Source of the DNA: Saprolegnia diclina VS20
Taxonomy: Eukaryota
Length of the DNA: 64,000 nt
NCBI RefSeq assembly: GCF_000281045.1
Contig: NW_008246136.1
Coordinates: 133,448-197,447, forward strand
Direction of reading: 5' to 3'
This document shows positions 35,161-48,356 of this stretch, piece after piece. A program made the translations under genes and the position numbers. The notes beneath the pieces are model-generated. The model was not told the origin of the DNA. It saw nothing but the letters and a program-made list of their open reading frames with translations, and did no database searches. Every line of letters starts with the position of its first letter. The stretch's first letter is position 1.

Positions 35161-35624
35161 CTTGGTCGGTCAATAAGAAATGACAGTATTAATATGCAAT
35201 CCGAAGCGTTGCAAATAGTGTGATTTGTTTTAGTGTTGCAAAAGTACAACACCTTTGTGGCATTCTCTTCCACTCGGTTGAGTCTCAACGCTTTGGCGAT
35301 ACGCCGAGCTTGTGGCGCGAAAAGAGGGGTGGCGTGGACTCGCGTGTGTTTGCTGCCACGGTTGCAACATGATCTCTATTCGTACACTATATCGACTTAA
35401 CGTGCACACGAGATACACTATATCATGGTACAGCTACGGCCCCCAAACCAATCAAGTTTGTTGGTGCAAAAAACAAGTGGGATTTAATGCCTGTGAATTA
35501 CTATATGTCTTGCGTTTGTATGCTCTCACGCGGTTATTCTTTTAAATATTTGCCATATTTTATTGCCTTGTGGAAGCTCAGCGATCAAAATGCATGTGCT
35601 GCGATTGCGATCTTCGAGCGGCGC

Positions 35625-37010
35625 CTAGATGGGCACAACGCGGGTGGCCTCCTCGGACGCCAGCGTGCGTCCGTGCTTGCCGACGAAGCCCAGGCTCGCT
35701 AGGACCGTGCGCTGGTCGTTGGTCAATTTTTCGAGGCCACGCCGTAGCTTGTCGACGACGCCGCCCAGCTTCATGCGCCACAGCTGTGGCGGCCAATTGA
35801 GGTCGTTGTCGGGCACGACAAACGATTTCGGGACGCGGACATGGCCTGCGAGTGCTTTGTAGGTTTGCAAAGCGAGCACCTTGTCCGACCACTCGATGTA
35901 CGGGCTGCGCGTCGCGTCGTACACAAAGCCGAGAGCGTCAAGCTGCGCGCGCTGCGGCGGCGTCAGTCGACTTTGGCGCTGGCGCCACTTGTGCACCGCG
36001 TTTCCGAGATGGAGGCCATGCACGCTCGGCGGCCACAGACTTGCATCTGGCTCGTTTGGTGCGGGGACAACAAACCGGTACGGTACCTCGGTATGGCCAA
36101 AGAGGCGATGGAAGGTTCCCAGCGCGACCAAGTGCGTCTCCATGTGGTGTTGCCGCACGCTCCAGACAAAGCGAACGCGGTTGAGCGCTGCGACAACACT
36201 TGGGTCGAGCATGCCTCGCTTGTACGCTTGGCGCATGACGTCGACGTCAATGGTACGGCCGTGGGCGTCCGATGGCCACGGCGCAGTTGCCGGCACGCAA
36301 AACTTGCTCGGCATGGCACGCCCTATGTGCAAGGACGCGAGCTGGACGAGGAGGCGCTGGCTTTGGAGCGAGATACTCGAGTGCGTCGCTGACGCGCGCT
36401 TTCGCTGCAGTGGTACCAATGGGCTCTCGTACGCTGGCAGCGGCAGGTAGCTCTCTACGATCGGCGGCGGCAACAGCGGGGCCGGCTTCGACGCCTCTGG
36501 TGGCGAGGCTGTCGGCGGTGGCGCACGCTTGCGCTTCAAGCTCCAGACGAATCCGAGCGCAACGAGGTCGAGGCGCCTGGCGTGGTCGAGCGTGTGGGCT
36601 GCTTTGCGCAGCTTTTGAACGATACCGCCGAGCTTGAGGCGCCAGAGCGACCGCGGCCAGCTGGTGTCGTTGTCCGGAACGACAAACGCCGTCGGCACGC
36701 GCAGATGGCCGTTCAAGCGCTTGTAGGTCGAGAGCGCAAGCACTTTATCGGACCATGCGATCGTCGTCTTGAGCCCCGAGAACGCAAACCCGAGCGCAAC
36801 TAGCGCGTCGCGTCGGTCGGGCGGCAGTGACGGGTGCGATTGGCGGAGCTTGTGCACAATGTTGCCCAGCGGGAGGGTCCACGTCTCGCGAGGCCAGCGC
36901 TTGTCGTCTATGGGCACGCTGTAGCGGTACGGCACCAGCACGTGGCCATGCAGCTCCTTGTAGATTGCGAGCGCGCGCACGCGGAGGGCCCACGCTGCGC
37001 CCTTTGGCAT
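35625..37010 (-). CDS. Helicase-associated (HA) domain repeat protein, intronless, 461 aa
   Basis: Repeated W..K..AL..YK.L.GH..VP..FVVP....WP..LW..KLG..V..LR.....L..LGF units (four full and one partial). Confidence 0.88.
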   Translation of the reverse strand: MPKGAAWALRVRALAIYKELHGHVLVPYRYSVPIDDKRWPRETWTLPLGNIVHKLRQSHPSLPPDRRDALVALGFAFSGLKTTIAWSDKVLALSTYKRLNGHLRVPTAFVVPDNDTSWPRSLWRLKLGGIVQKLRKAAHTLDHARRLDLVALGFVWSLKRKRAPPPTASPPEASKPAPLLPPPIVESYLPLPAYESPLVPLQRKRASATHSSISLQSQRLLVQLASLHIGRAMPSKFCVPATAPWPSDAHGRTIDVDVMRQAYKRGMLDPSVVAALNRVRFVWSVRQHHMETHLVALGTFHRLFGHTEVPYRFVVPAPNEPDASLWPPSVHGLHLGNAVHKWRQRQSRLTPPQRAQLDALGFVYDATRSPYIEWSDKVLALQTYKALAGHVRVPKSFVVPDNDLNWPPQLWRMKLGGVVDKLRRGLEKLTNDQRTVLASLGFVGKHGRTLASEEATRVVPI

Positions 37011-37499
37011 CGAGTGCAAAATAGAATTGCAGTGACTTTGCACCAGAATGTTGGTCGAAATGCAAATTTCGGGAAACTGGCATGGGGTATTGCATGGGTC
37101 AACACTTGGCTATTCTCACTCACAGTCCATTGCGCGATCGCATACCTATAAAGCAGAAACACTTGTGCAAAGATTGATTGCGCACGCAGGTGGCCTCGAC
37201 CGCAACGACGTGGTGCTACACGAATCTGAAATGTTCCTTGGGTATCAATCAGAATGGTTTGGTGGACCCAAATTTCGGGAAACTGCCGTAAATCGACAGA
37301 TCAAGCCTCAAAAACATAAGCTTATCGTCGCCAACGCCCGCCAAGGCAGCGCCACCCAAGGGACCAAGACGCCTTGGTATACCATCGGATAGATAGCTCA
37401 TAGTAAGGACATCAATAGGATATTTGATGTCCTTGCTAACACGACCTTCTGGTTGCACGAGCCCACAGGCGATAAACCTCGTCTCTGTCCTTTGTCGGT

Positions 37500-37870
37500 G
37501 CAGTATTTGATTTGACAAAATGAACAAATTTGCTGCCCAACGACGTCGTTAATGCCATGGCGGAGGTCCACGACGTGAATGCGATCTTGTCGTCAGCCTC
37601 GTTCTTGAAGGTGTCGGCGTTCGCGCCTGGCTCGAGGTATGGCACTCCAGTTACCACATGCGTCTCGTAGGTGTCTATCCAACAACGCAATGTCCTTGAA
37701 GGCAGGCGCAGCCGTCACTTGGGCCTACTTGACGGAGCCAGTCGGCGACGTTGGCATGGTACAAGGAGGTCGTGTCGAGACGATACATAGTGGCGCTGTT
37801 GGTGGACATGGCCGTGGACTTGGCGCTAGAATCCTTGTGCGACCAGACCTTGGCGACTTTCACCCACGTT
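37500..37870 (-). pseudogene. Possible gene fragment (coding-like composition, no complete ORF)
   Basis: GC-rich codon-like stretches (KVAKVWSHKD..; DTYETHVVTGVPYLEPGANADTFKNEADDK) in different frames, with no clear start or stop. Confidence 0.3.
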
Positions 37871-38152
37871 AGCTTGGGTTATTGATCTATGGTTCTCCTC
37901 CTCGCTCGACGATAACACAACACACATCTCGGTGTGTTGATGCTGCGAAGTTGCCAGGGTCTAGTCGTTAAACGTACATCCTCCATACCCCTGGTACAGG
38001 AACCTCCTCGTGACTCGGGCGATCAATAGTTGGGTGCGAGTCAACGTATCCGAAGCGACCATCCATCCACCTGGACGCACCTGCGTGATGACGCCGCCAA
38101 CACCAGCGTGCAGTCCGATTGATACTCAAAATATTGTGCGGACGGGGCTTCG

Positions 38153-39653
38153 CTACACGTTGCGCTTGGTCGATGGGTTGCGCCGCGTCGTGCGCATGTT
38201 CTCGCGGCTGCTCGTGGCTCCGTGGACGCAGCCGAGGTGTTTCTCGCACTCGCCGCGGCCGTTGGCAAAGTTGGTGCAAACGACGCCGTCGTCGGCGACG
38301 TACTGGCAGCGCAGACGCTTGTCCGGGTCCGTGTGCGTCTTGCAGCGGCCTTGCGGTGCCACGCCGTGCTTCTCGCAGCCGTTCAAGCCACAGCGCTTGC
38401 GCCCCTTGGCCGGCTGCGACGCGACCGATAAGAACGAGTGCTCCGAGATGGGGGACGCGGCCGGCGTTGGAGTCACGCTGCGCTGGATCGGTGTCGTCGG
38501 TGGCGCCGGCGCCAACAAACTGCGACGGATCGTGGCATCTTCCACCACATACCTACTTGTCCTTGGAACCGCCGCAAGTCGGGGTGTGTACGTACGCGAG
38601 GAGGTCGCTGCCGCGCAGAGACTTGAGGAGCACGACCTTGTCGCCGACATCGAGCAGCCGGGGCGCATACGGTTCTGACGCATATATCGTCAAAGATGCC
38701 GATGCGGGGAGGCCGTACCCAGTCGCACGGTGTTGACGCGCGTGCCAAAGCGGCTCGTGTCCATGACGCGAAGGTTGCCGTGGTAGTCGCTCAGAAACTG
38801 ACAGTGGTCGTCCTCCAAGTCGAGCAGTGCCTGGCGCTCCTTTGGGTCAGTGAAAAGGTTCGCGACGAGCGACCGGCCAAACGAATAGGAACGATGGTCG
38901 GGTCTACAAGGCCAAGTAGAACGAGACACAGTGCATTCAGTCGTACCCGAGGCGCACGATGTCGAGACGTCGCTGCTTCATGGCCGCGGCTGATGCTGGT
39001 GCCAGAGCGTCGCTCACAAGGCGCAACTGATAAAGTGACCCAGAACGTGTCTCGGGAATCGACGGTGGTGCCCGTCGTTGCCGCTTGGCCGCGCGGGACG
39101 AGGCGTCCGACGAGACCTCTCGTTTGTGGCACACTTGAACGTCCGAGTCTGCGTCACTCGAATCAGGCGCCGTCGTCGCGTAGATAGCGCTCTGCGGCAC
39201 CGCGTCACCGACGACTGCGATCTCCACGTGGTACCTACGCGGTCGCGTCAGAGTGGCGAGATACCGAGCACTGCGTACACGACGACGTCGCCACCATAGG
39301 GCGAGGCGAGAATCGCGATGCGGTCGCCGTTGCGCAGCGCATGCGCCGTCCCCGGCGCTAGGTGCGATCGATGACGAGCCGCCTCCAAGCATGTTGCAGT
39401 GTGTACCGAGGTTGACATGGTTGACGCGGACGCCGCGGACCAAGCAGGTGCGGATCTGCAGCGTATTGCCATGGTAGTAAATCGAGGTCTCTTTCTTGTC
39501 TTCCATCGTGCGGAGCGCCTCCCGCTCGACCGAGTCCGTGAGGAGCGGGTCCACGGCCGACCGCTCAATGCACCACGCATCGCCACCGGGGCTACACGCA
39601 GCCATCTTCGTCTCGTTCTCCACATCGAGCCGCTCACCGAAGACGAATGACAT
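38153..39653 (-). CDS. Tandem FHA-like domains plus C-terminal C-x4-C..C..H zinc-finger-like repeats, multi-exon
   Basis: FHA-like 1 ..GVRVNHVNL..HALRNGDRIAIL; FHA-like 2 YSFGRS..HCQF..DTSRFGTRVN..LDVGDKVVLL; then RCGLNGCEK..GRCKTH and RCQY..CTN..GECEKH. Confidence 0.7.
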
Positions 39654-40221
39654 CGAGGCCCTTGGCGGCGAAAGCGGCCATGGATGCTACTGTGAGGTAT
39701 ATCGCCTCCAGTCGCAGCGTTGCCATCGTCACGGATTCGAAATTCTGCGATCTTTGTTCTCCCAACCGTACTAGGGTGAACCGGTTCGTTTGACTAGATG
39801 CACTCAACATGAGAAGACCGCCGGCATGATGTCAGCGCACTCGGAACTGCCAGCGACGTTCCGTGGGCACATTTGGTATCGTTTTCGACTGAAAGTCTTG
39901 CGCCGACGTTCGGCGTCTCCCACTGGTCCACGAATGTTGTGCTGGCTAGTGTCCAATCGTGTGGCTAATGAGTGAACTGTGGGCTATACCATGGGGCTAT
40001 ACTAGTAGCAGGTCTCTCTCTACATGCAGGGTCGGGTTTGGGGCTCTTCAAGCCTTCAAGCTCTAGGATTCGTGCAAACGCCATTGTCCTTGCCGACATT
40101 TCAACATTTCGCTCCAGCCAATCTCAGCGCCGTTCAGCTCTGGCTAGAGGGATAGGGTTCCGCGCGAACGTTGGGCTAAAGATAGGCTTTCTATCTGAAA
40201 TCAGCTAGTTGTCAAAACACC

Positions 40222-40856
40222 ATGTCGTTCTTTGGGCTTACGTATCTTGGGCCGCAAGGGCCCTTTGAAGGGCTACTGCCGCTGCACGCGTTTAATGCAT
40301 CCGACGTGGCGTCGGCCTATGACGTGGCAGCCCAGCGGGGCCCGACGATCAACCCCTCGGCCTTTCCTGCGTTTGTGCACGCTTTGTACCACTGTCCCAA
40401 AGGCACGAGTCCGCCAGCGACGATCGTCGACCAAGTTAGCGCGTGGTTCCCAGACGGCACGCTCCCGAGAGCGCAGTTTCTCGCAGGTACACCCTCGTTC
40501 CATCAGGCGTTGCCAGCTCACGCGTCCTTCAGGGATCGAAGCGCTCCTGGAGGCGTCCGAAGACGCGGCAAACAACAACAGCGACGCAGACTTGCATGCA
40601 TGCGAGTACAATAGCGGGCTTGCGCTACGCGCCGACAAGTTCAAGCATACGCGCATGAAGAAGGCGCCAAAAGAGAAACACCACGAACCGCTCACCGACG
40701 CGCAGACTCTCGGGTGCGATGGATCTGCTCACTCAGCTCTAATCGCACGTACGTAGCTGGCTCAAAGGCACCGTGGTCAAGACGATTCCGAAAAAGAGCT
40801 GCGAAGAAACCAAGTACGCCTCAGCGATGATTCAATCAGGCGTGAGCTACTACTAA
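40222..40856 (+). CDS. TEX49/SPMIP11-like (FAP85-like) putative axonemal microtubule inner protein, 3 exons
   Basis: N-terminal MSFFGLTYLGPQGPF and C-terminal PLTDAQTLGW..KKSCEETKY motifs resemble TEX49-family motifs as recalled; degenerate EF-hand-like middle. Confidence 0.6.
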
Positions 40857-41986
40857 GAATACCAAACCCTTGATTGAGGTTGACAAGAATCGAGTGCAAA
40901 AGACCAACGCGCGGATCTAAACCGCTCCGGTACCTACTACGGTCGAGAAAGTAGCTGGTCGCCGTGGTGACTACCTTTTGGCATTGTGATGGATCGAGGC
41001 TGTGCGTGCCACGTCAGCCAACGCTACGATCGGATCCTCAACGAGCTTTGCGTTCTGGATACTGGGTTTTCGAACCCTGCCTCCGTGACTCACGCTTTGC
41101 ATCCACGCTGCAATTTGGCGCAGCGTTTGGCGGGCAAGGTCTTGGTCTGCATGCATGCCACAAGGAGCTAGTATTAGTGGCCACCACTGCGCCGACGCCT
41201 TGCTGTACCGCAGAAAGCCAAGCGTGCACGGTGGAGTTGTGTGCTTGGTGAGTAGCGGGGTTTGTATCGTTTGTGATTTATCGCCACTGTCCTTTTGAAC
41301 GCGCTTTTTCTCACAGAAGTCTCATGGCCCATCATGATCGTGCTGCACAGCGTGAACGCCGCGACGCTAGAAAATCGAGTCATTGATGTAGTGATGTCTA
41401 CTTCAGTGCAATAAATCGTCATCTCTTTCCCGTAGCTGCTGCGGAACTCTACAGGAGCAGCTTCGAGAGCAGGAGGGATATTTCACCATCCAAACTTCTC
41501 CAAGCGCACGCCCCGTGGTCACAAGTATTCATATCTCAACAGCTATCTCAGCTGTCATAGGTCGCCCGTCGTCTGAATTGCATGCCATTCCGTGCCGTAA
41601 TTCAGTGCTAGCTTTCGGCAAAGTTGGGACCCGTGAAACCAGCAGACGGAGTTTCGCTTGTACTGTAGAAGGGCAGTCAGAAAATCGCATGGTTGTCCAG
41701 CTCAATGGTGTAGCGTGTTCACGTTTACATGTAATTGACATATTGAACTCGGATGCCCCGAGGTCATTATGCTCCGAGGTCGCGTTGTTGGCCGCGCAAG
41801 CGACCGCGAGCGAGGCGACTCTACTCGCTTGTCACGCCACTGCCATGCGATCGTCCCAAGATGCCAAGATAGAGACAATTACGATAAAGTGCACCCTATT
41901 AATAGCGGCAGCCAATCACAGGCGCCTGTCGCCACCATCTGGCGCGGTGTTTCCCCACACGCCGACGCCATTTTGTCGCGCCCGGC

Positions 41987-44637
41987 ATGTACCTCCAGCA
42001 CGAGATGTACACGTTCACGTCACGGTCCGTGGCCGAGCCCGAGACGCCGGTCCCGCTTCTCGCGCGGGGCAGCATGGCGGCCATGCGCGCGCGCTTCCAG
42101 CTCGATGGTATTCCATGTCTTTCCCAGTTTGCACTTTGCCGTATGATCCAATCTAGTTGTGCTCGAGCACGTGCACATTTCGCACCACGTGCAGCTCACA
42201 GACAAGGAGCTTCGCATCACGTTCCAGCGCGATGCCAAGCACATCAACTCGGACCCTGCGATTTGGAAGAACAACATGGCCGAGTTCCGACAAGTTGTCG
42301 GGCTCCAGTCGACGCTCACACGCGCGGACAGGTCGTCGTCGTCGTCCGCGACCACGTTTGAGCCCAAGCTGTACCACTTCATCGTCACCTCGGTATGTGC
42401 AATGGAGACTTCGATTGCTGTTGCTGACAAACCAAGCTTAGCTGCCGTCGCAGACCCAAGTCGCTCACTTTGAGCTCGACATTGCGCTGTACCTGAACAA
42501 GTCGCTCACCTTGTCGCTGCCAGCGCTTCCGTCATCCAAAGAACCCTCGGCCCGCCTCTCGCTCAACATCAAGTGCCACATCGTTGACCGCAACAACAAT
42601 CCCACAAAGAAGCAGCGGGCTGACACGGCCACCGCGGCTGACCTTCGCGGCTCGACACGCCTTGTGCGAGATCCCTTTACGGATGGCCCATTGCGCCATT
42701 CCAAGGCGCCACCATCGCTTGTGCGGTCCAGCACCCTTACCGACTCGTCGTCGACGATGGTATGACGTCATCGTCCTCAAATCATTGCTGACGCAGACAA
42801 CGTGATTAGAACAACGGAGGAATTCAAGACACATTTAGCGAGTACTCGGACGACGGCCACGCGTCCATTGAGCGCCTCACGCGGGTGTGCACCTCGTTGC
42901 CGAATTTCATAGTCAACGGCTCTGTAGCAACTTGAGGGCCAGCAACGCAAGGTTAAGAAGCTCCAGGCATCCCTGACACTCGCCGAGAAAAAGATGGATG
43001 GCCTACAGTTCGAGCTCGACGAACTTCAAGTGCGCGAAGACGGCGAGACGCAGCATGGTCTCCAACTACGGACGTGGAACCTCACGCTGCTTCAAGAGTT
43101 TGAGATTCTCAAGCTCCAATTGGTGCAAGACGCTATTGCAACCGCCGGCTCGCTCGAGCCTGCGTACGATCACATCCACAAGATCCACGAATTGACTCGC
43201 GCCGCCTACGTATTTGAACCAGAGACCACGATCGACGAGATTCGCAGTACGAGACGCACCGTCGATCAGAGCTGACTGTCTCCGTCTAGATGACTCGCTC
43301 GAGGACGACGACGACGAGGATGAAAGCGAGTTTGGCAAGCACTCGCTGAGCTCGAGTCACCGTGAGATCGACTCCAACTTTAACTTTGACCCTGAAGTCG
43401 AGTGGAGCGGAGGGTCCCCAAAGAACGACGACTCGATCGTGCTGGAAGAGATGAGCTTTACGACGTTAGCTCACGATCCACCGCCGTTCGCGCCTTGTGT
43501 GCTAGCCGAGGACGGCAACCACGTCCTCATCGACGAGTTGCGCAACGTCTTGAAGCGCAACCAGCGCCTGCAGCAAACGACAGAGTTTTTGCTCGTCGCA
43601 CTCCAGCCAGCAGGCTCAACGGGAGATGCGCCACTGCCAGACCCAATCCCAGTCGCAGTGCCAGCGCTCCCGAAAGAACTCGACCCGCTCGGCCTTGTAT
43701 TGGACCGCGACCTGGACTTGAACGTGCGCCTCAAGCAGCTCCAGGATGAAAACGCAAAGTTGCGCGCAGATCTCGAACAACTCCAAACCCAAATGCAGCT
43801 GCAGCAAGGCCTTGGTCGACTGAACGCGGTCATTGCCGAAAAGAACGATCTCGCTGCCAAAGTCAAGTCGCTCGAAGCCGCGCTCGCCTCCGCACCCTCT
43901 CCCGAGGCGTTCCAGAAGCTCGAGACCAACCTCGTGTCAGCACTGACTACGGTGCGTTGATTTGATCCATCTCAACATTTCTCATGTCACGACAGGTCGC
44001 GACGCTGGAGAAGCGCGCCCAGGAGCTCGAGCGGTGTCCGCCACCGACGCCAACTCCTACGCCAGCGGCACACTCGCATCATGTACCAGCGAGCCCTGTG
44101 CGCTCGGAAATGGCCACCGAGTCTATGAAGCACATGCAAACGCTCAAGCAAGGTACGTGTACAATGCAGCTTGATATTGTCTTGATACAATTCGTTGCTA
44201 TCAACATAGAAAATCTCGCCATGAAGTTTCGGCTCACCACGCTGGAGCCGCTCCAAGAAAAATACGAGATTGCAGAGAAGGAGCGCAAGCGACTGAGCTT
44301 GCGATTGCAGCAGTTCGTGGCCGACGACAGCACGGACGCGGTCGGACCGCGGTCCCGGCAAAATACGATGGACAAAACCCACGACGACGTGCGCCCGGAC
44401 GCCCTCACGCGCCAGCGCATGGCCGGCATGGACATGCAGATCAACGTGCTCAACGAGCTCCACCGGACGCAGACGATGCAGATCCAGCACATGGAGGAAG
44501 ACTACGCCAAGGTGCGCGCCGACTTTGTGGCCCACATGAAAGAGATGCAAGACGCGATGGCGGCACTCGCCAAAGAGCACACGCTGCTGCAAACACCCGA
44601 GGGTCGCCGCGCCGCGCTCGCGCACCCGCTCGCGTAA
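41987..44637 (+). CDS. NT-C2 (EEIG1/EHBP1-type) domain + coiled-coil protein, multi-exon (start 41987 or ~42075)
   Basis: RARFQLD|VVLEHVH..LRITFQR..FEPKLYHFIV..VAHFELDIALY..RLSLNIKC is NT-C2-like; long coiled coils follow. Confidence 0.72.
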
Positions 44638-45353
44638 AAGCTCTTGTAGTATGTCCCTGGTGGCAAAGGTCGTGTAGAGAAAAGTTGACGTAGAATTAAA
44701 TACTGATAGATAGATGGAGCGAGGGACAATGGAAGGACCTCGACTTTTGTACAATTATTGTAGTTGCTGCGGGTAGAGAATGCCTCGATAGCCCAGCCAT
44801 CGATCCTTGCGCTAGCCACGTTGATTTGCTGAATTGCATTGCATGACGCGCGTGTTGGCGGAGGACTGAAGGCGGGGTACCCAGGATGCCAGCACGGAAT
44901 CGTACAGTGTACGATCCCTTCTCTGCGCGCTGAAAGATGCCAATGCACTGCAGTTCAATAAGATAGAATTTCCGCAGTCAGACTAGCCTCGTTGGGCCTT
45001 CTCTATCATGTTGAAGCTGACGTTGACAATGGCTTTTGAAGTGGGGTCTGCCTTGGAGAGGTTTCCTTCTCGTCCTCAGCCCACGATGGTCACGCTTGAA
45101 TTTCGGCGGGATTCAGCTCACTTTTTTGTCGCACGCTGTATTGTCCCGTTTTACCCACACGCCTCTTTTGGGACAAACCAAGCACGCCATATCTTTTGTG
45201 CTCAAATTTGGTATGTTATCCGGATAATAGTATATCCCAGTTACTGATAGGGACAAACCGTTGTGAGCTCCAGCACATGTCGCAGCGGCCTCTGCCAAGC
45301 CGCCTCAGCCGCAGAGGACCATTTCCGCATCTGCCGCCAAGCTACCAGCCACC

Positions 45354-46604
45354 ATGTCGTCGTTCTTCTCGAGCCTCTCGAACCTCACCAAGCATGTCGA
45401 ACCGGAGCACCTCGAGAAGGTCGAGAAGTATGGCAACCAGCTGATCGACCAGCACATGGGCAACAACAGCACCAAGGAGGTGAACTCGACGGCGGCGCCG
45501 CCGGCCGACGCCTGGGTAGGCGTGCAGTGGTTGTCTGAACGCAGTCTCATCGTGGCGTAGCACCACCAGGAATACCACAATGCGTCGAGCACGAAGAAGG
45601 CGCTCTTCATCGGCATCAACTACTACAACACCGAAGCAGAGCTCCGCGGTACGTCGACTTGCGATCGGGTTCTTGTCGGCTAACGCGAATATATCTAGGC
45701 TGCGTGAAGGACGTCGAGAATCTCTCGAACTTTGTCCATGAAAAGTGCGGCTTCCCCACCAACACGATGCGCAAGCTCACGGACGACGGCAACGGCTACG
45801 CCCTCCCGACGCGCGCCAACATCCTCTCGGGCATGCGCTGGCTCGTGCAGGGCGCCAAGGCCGGCGACTCGCTCTTCTTTCACTTTAGCGGCCACGGCTC
45901 GCAGGAAGAGGACGCAAGTACGTTGACAACTCAATGTGCTTCACCGGTTGGTCTCACGGGGACGTTTAGATGGTGATGAGGCCGATGGCATGGACGAGAC
46001 CATTTGCCCTGTTGACTACGCCACGGCGGGCATGATCTCGGACGACGAGATGCACGCCCTTCTCTGCGCGCCGTTGCCCGCTGGTGTCAAGCTCACGGCG
46101 ATCTTTGACTGCTGCCACTCGGGCTCAGCGCTCGACCTTCCGTTCACGTACACGATCGACGGCAACTTGCAGATCCACGAGCAGGACAACCGCCTCGTCG
46201 CGGTCAAGAAGTTCTTCCGCGCCGGCCTTGATTTCCTCCGCGGCGATACGCAGGCCGCCAAGCGCGGCATCCAGGACGCGTACAACTCGTTCTCGGCGCC
46301 CGCCGCGCCGGCGTCCGCAGGCCCCGTGGCTGAAAAGTCCATCAAGGAAAAGACCACCTTGGGCGACGTCGTCCTCTTCTCGGGCTGCATGGACACGCAG
46401 ACGTCGGCGGACGCGGTCATTGATGGCACGGCCACCGGCGCCATGTCGTATGCGTTCATCTCGGCGTTCGAAGAGCACTCGATGGACATCACGTACAAAG
46501 ATCTCCTCCGCGCGCTCCGTGGCTTCATGCTTTCCAAGTACTCGCAGATCCCGCAGCTCTCGGCGGGCCGCGCCATGAGCATGGACGTCAAGTTTTCGCT
46601 GTAA
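45354..46604 (+). CDS. Metacaspase (type I-like, peptidase C14), 4 exons
   Basis: KKALFIGINY, LRGCVKD, FHFSGHG (catalytic His), DGMDETICPVD, FDCCHSG (catalytic Cys), SGCMDTQTSAD, QIPQLS. Confidence 0.95.
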
Positions 46605-48356
46605 ATTCTGAATCTAAGTGAGTGTTCCTCGATGCATTGAAACCAATATACGCGCTGCAGATAAGCCGTTATAATAAACTCACGCCGCGACCATCTGTGA
46701 GCGAGAGCGGACCGGGGAGGCGAGGTTCCAGTCGGCAGGGCACAGGCCATGATGCCGGATGCGCACGATCCGTCGCAGCCAATCTGGTCGGAAAGATCTT
46801 GTGGCCACCGGAGAATCGCTGCCGTTGGCTTGTAAAAGTGATCGGGATCAGGGTCGTGCATATGACGTGGCGAGCTCGCTGCCATGAAACGCGGCCTCAG
46901 CGCACTCGTCCAGCCCCCGCGTTCTACTCCAAGCGCGATCCTGTCGCGACATGGAAGCAGTGTAAGGTATGCGATGCCTCAGCGTGTACGAAGGATCGCT
47001 GCTGCTGCTGCAAAGTGCTGCTGAGGTCGCATTTTTCAGTACACTTCCACGGTTCACGGGTGCCAAGAACCTACGTCGCTTGCAACCACGTTTCGGAGTC
47101 AGATACAGGCCCCCACATACCATATTAGCCTCCATAGATATGCTCCATAGCTTCCTTTTCACGTCCGAAGCTCGTCGTTCCCACGGACATCCATCGAGCA
47201 CAGGTTGCAAGCGGCGTGGGAACCAAGTAGGGAATAGATTATTTAACGTAGAATTCCCGGTAGTAGTTTGGCCCCTGTCGTCCACCAAAGTTTCGCTCGC
47301 CGAAAGTGAAGAGGGCAAGTGACTGCGGGAGCTGACTGCGGGGGCTTGTCTCTGGATTTGAAGATAGACCAACATTCTCGCATGACGTGGCAAGAGGATG
47401 GGAGCCTGTAGCTTTTATGCCGCGCGTTCGGCTGCAAGTGATGTGCAAAACGTAGAGCACGCTAGCTTTACCCAAGAGTTGCCGAGAGCACATCGCCGCC
47501 GAGAGCGCCGAGGAGACGACCGAGTCTGCTCTCTAGATCGCTCCACGAGGCGCTGATCGTCGAGGACGATGGCGACTGCATCACGCGCGCCGCCAAGAAG
47601 ATGTGCGATACGAACAAGATACTTGGCCAAGTGCAAGGTGGATGCAACGCCAAACCCACCCAAGAGCGACGTGAGAATTCAATTCGCACCCGGAAAAACC
47701 ACATAGATTCACGCCCGCGGCAATAAGTCCACTAAATGCACGCAACTTACCGCTACCGTTGGGTTTGCGTAACGAGTCACGAGGGCCTCCGTAGATGGCG
47801 CGAACGCAGCAAAGAGGGCCTCGCTACTACGGACCAGGGTAGCATATCGCAATTTGTAACTCGAGCAAGTCGGAGGCACCGCAGATGGTGCCCGACGCGT
47901 CTGTTGCCGGGCTGGTTGCCGGGTGCCATCGACGTCACGCGATGGCGCTGCCTCTAGCATCGCAGCGCGTACCATCGTGACGGCGATCGATCACGGACAG
48001 TCTTGTGGTTGGGTGGATTTAGCAGCTGGCCACGTCGATAGAATCCAGCAGCGGAATGTAGCACGTGGGAAACAGCGTCACGCGCCGAACGCGCTGGCGT
48101 CACTCGACTGGCGTCGCGGCAACTGCCGAATTGCTATGCTAGCGCCCATGGGGCGGGAGCTGTCGAGTATGCTTGAAGATCGGCACCAAAGAGTTGGCGC
48201 GGCCCGATACGTCAACGTTGAGTTTGCGCCAAACGCCGCGTGATGCGCCGACGCCACCGCCGCCGTTGGCAAATCAGAAGGGCGCATTCGGGCACGAAAC
48301 CGGATCCGGATACGCAACGCCTTTTTCGTCGAAAGATGCAAGTTGAAGACTTTGGG

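Noticed and set aside
40960..41900. ORFs in the lower-GC intergenic region (also 28850-29450 and 57200-57800)
   Set aside because: No motifs, atypical codon usage, and no supportable gene or TE call.
46700..48250. Cys-rich and coding-like fragments between metacaspase and MDH
   Set aside because: Short, discontinuous and interrupted by stops; no recognisable family.
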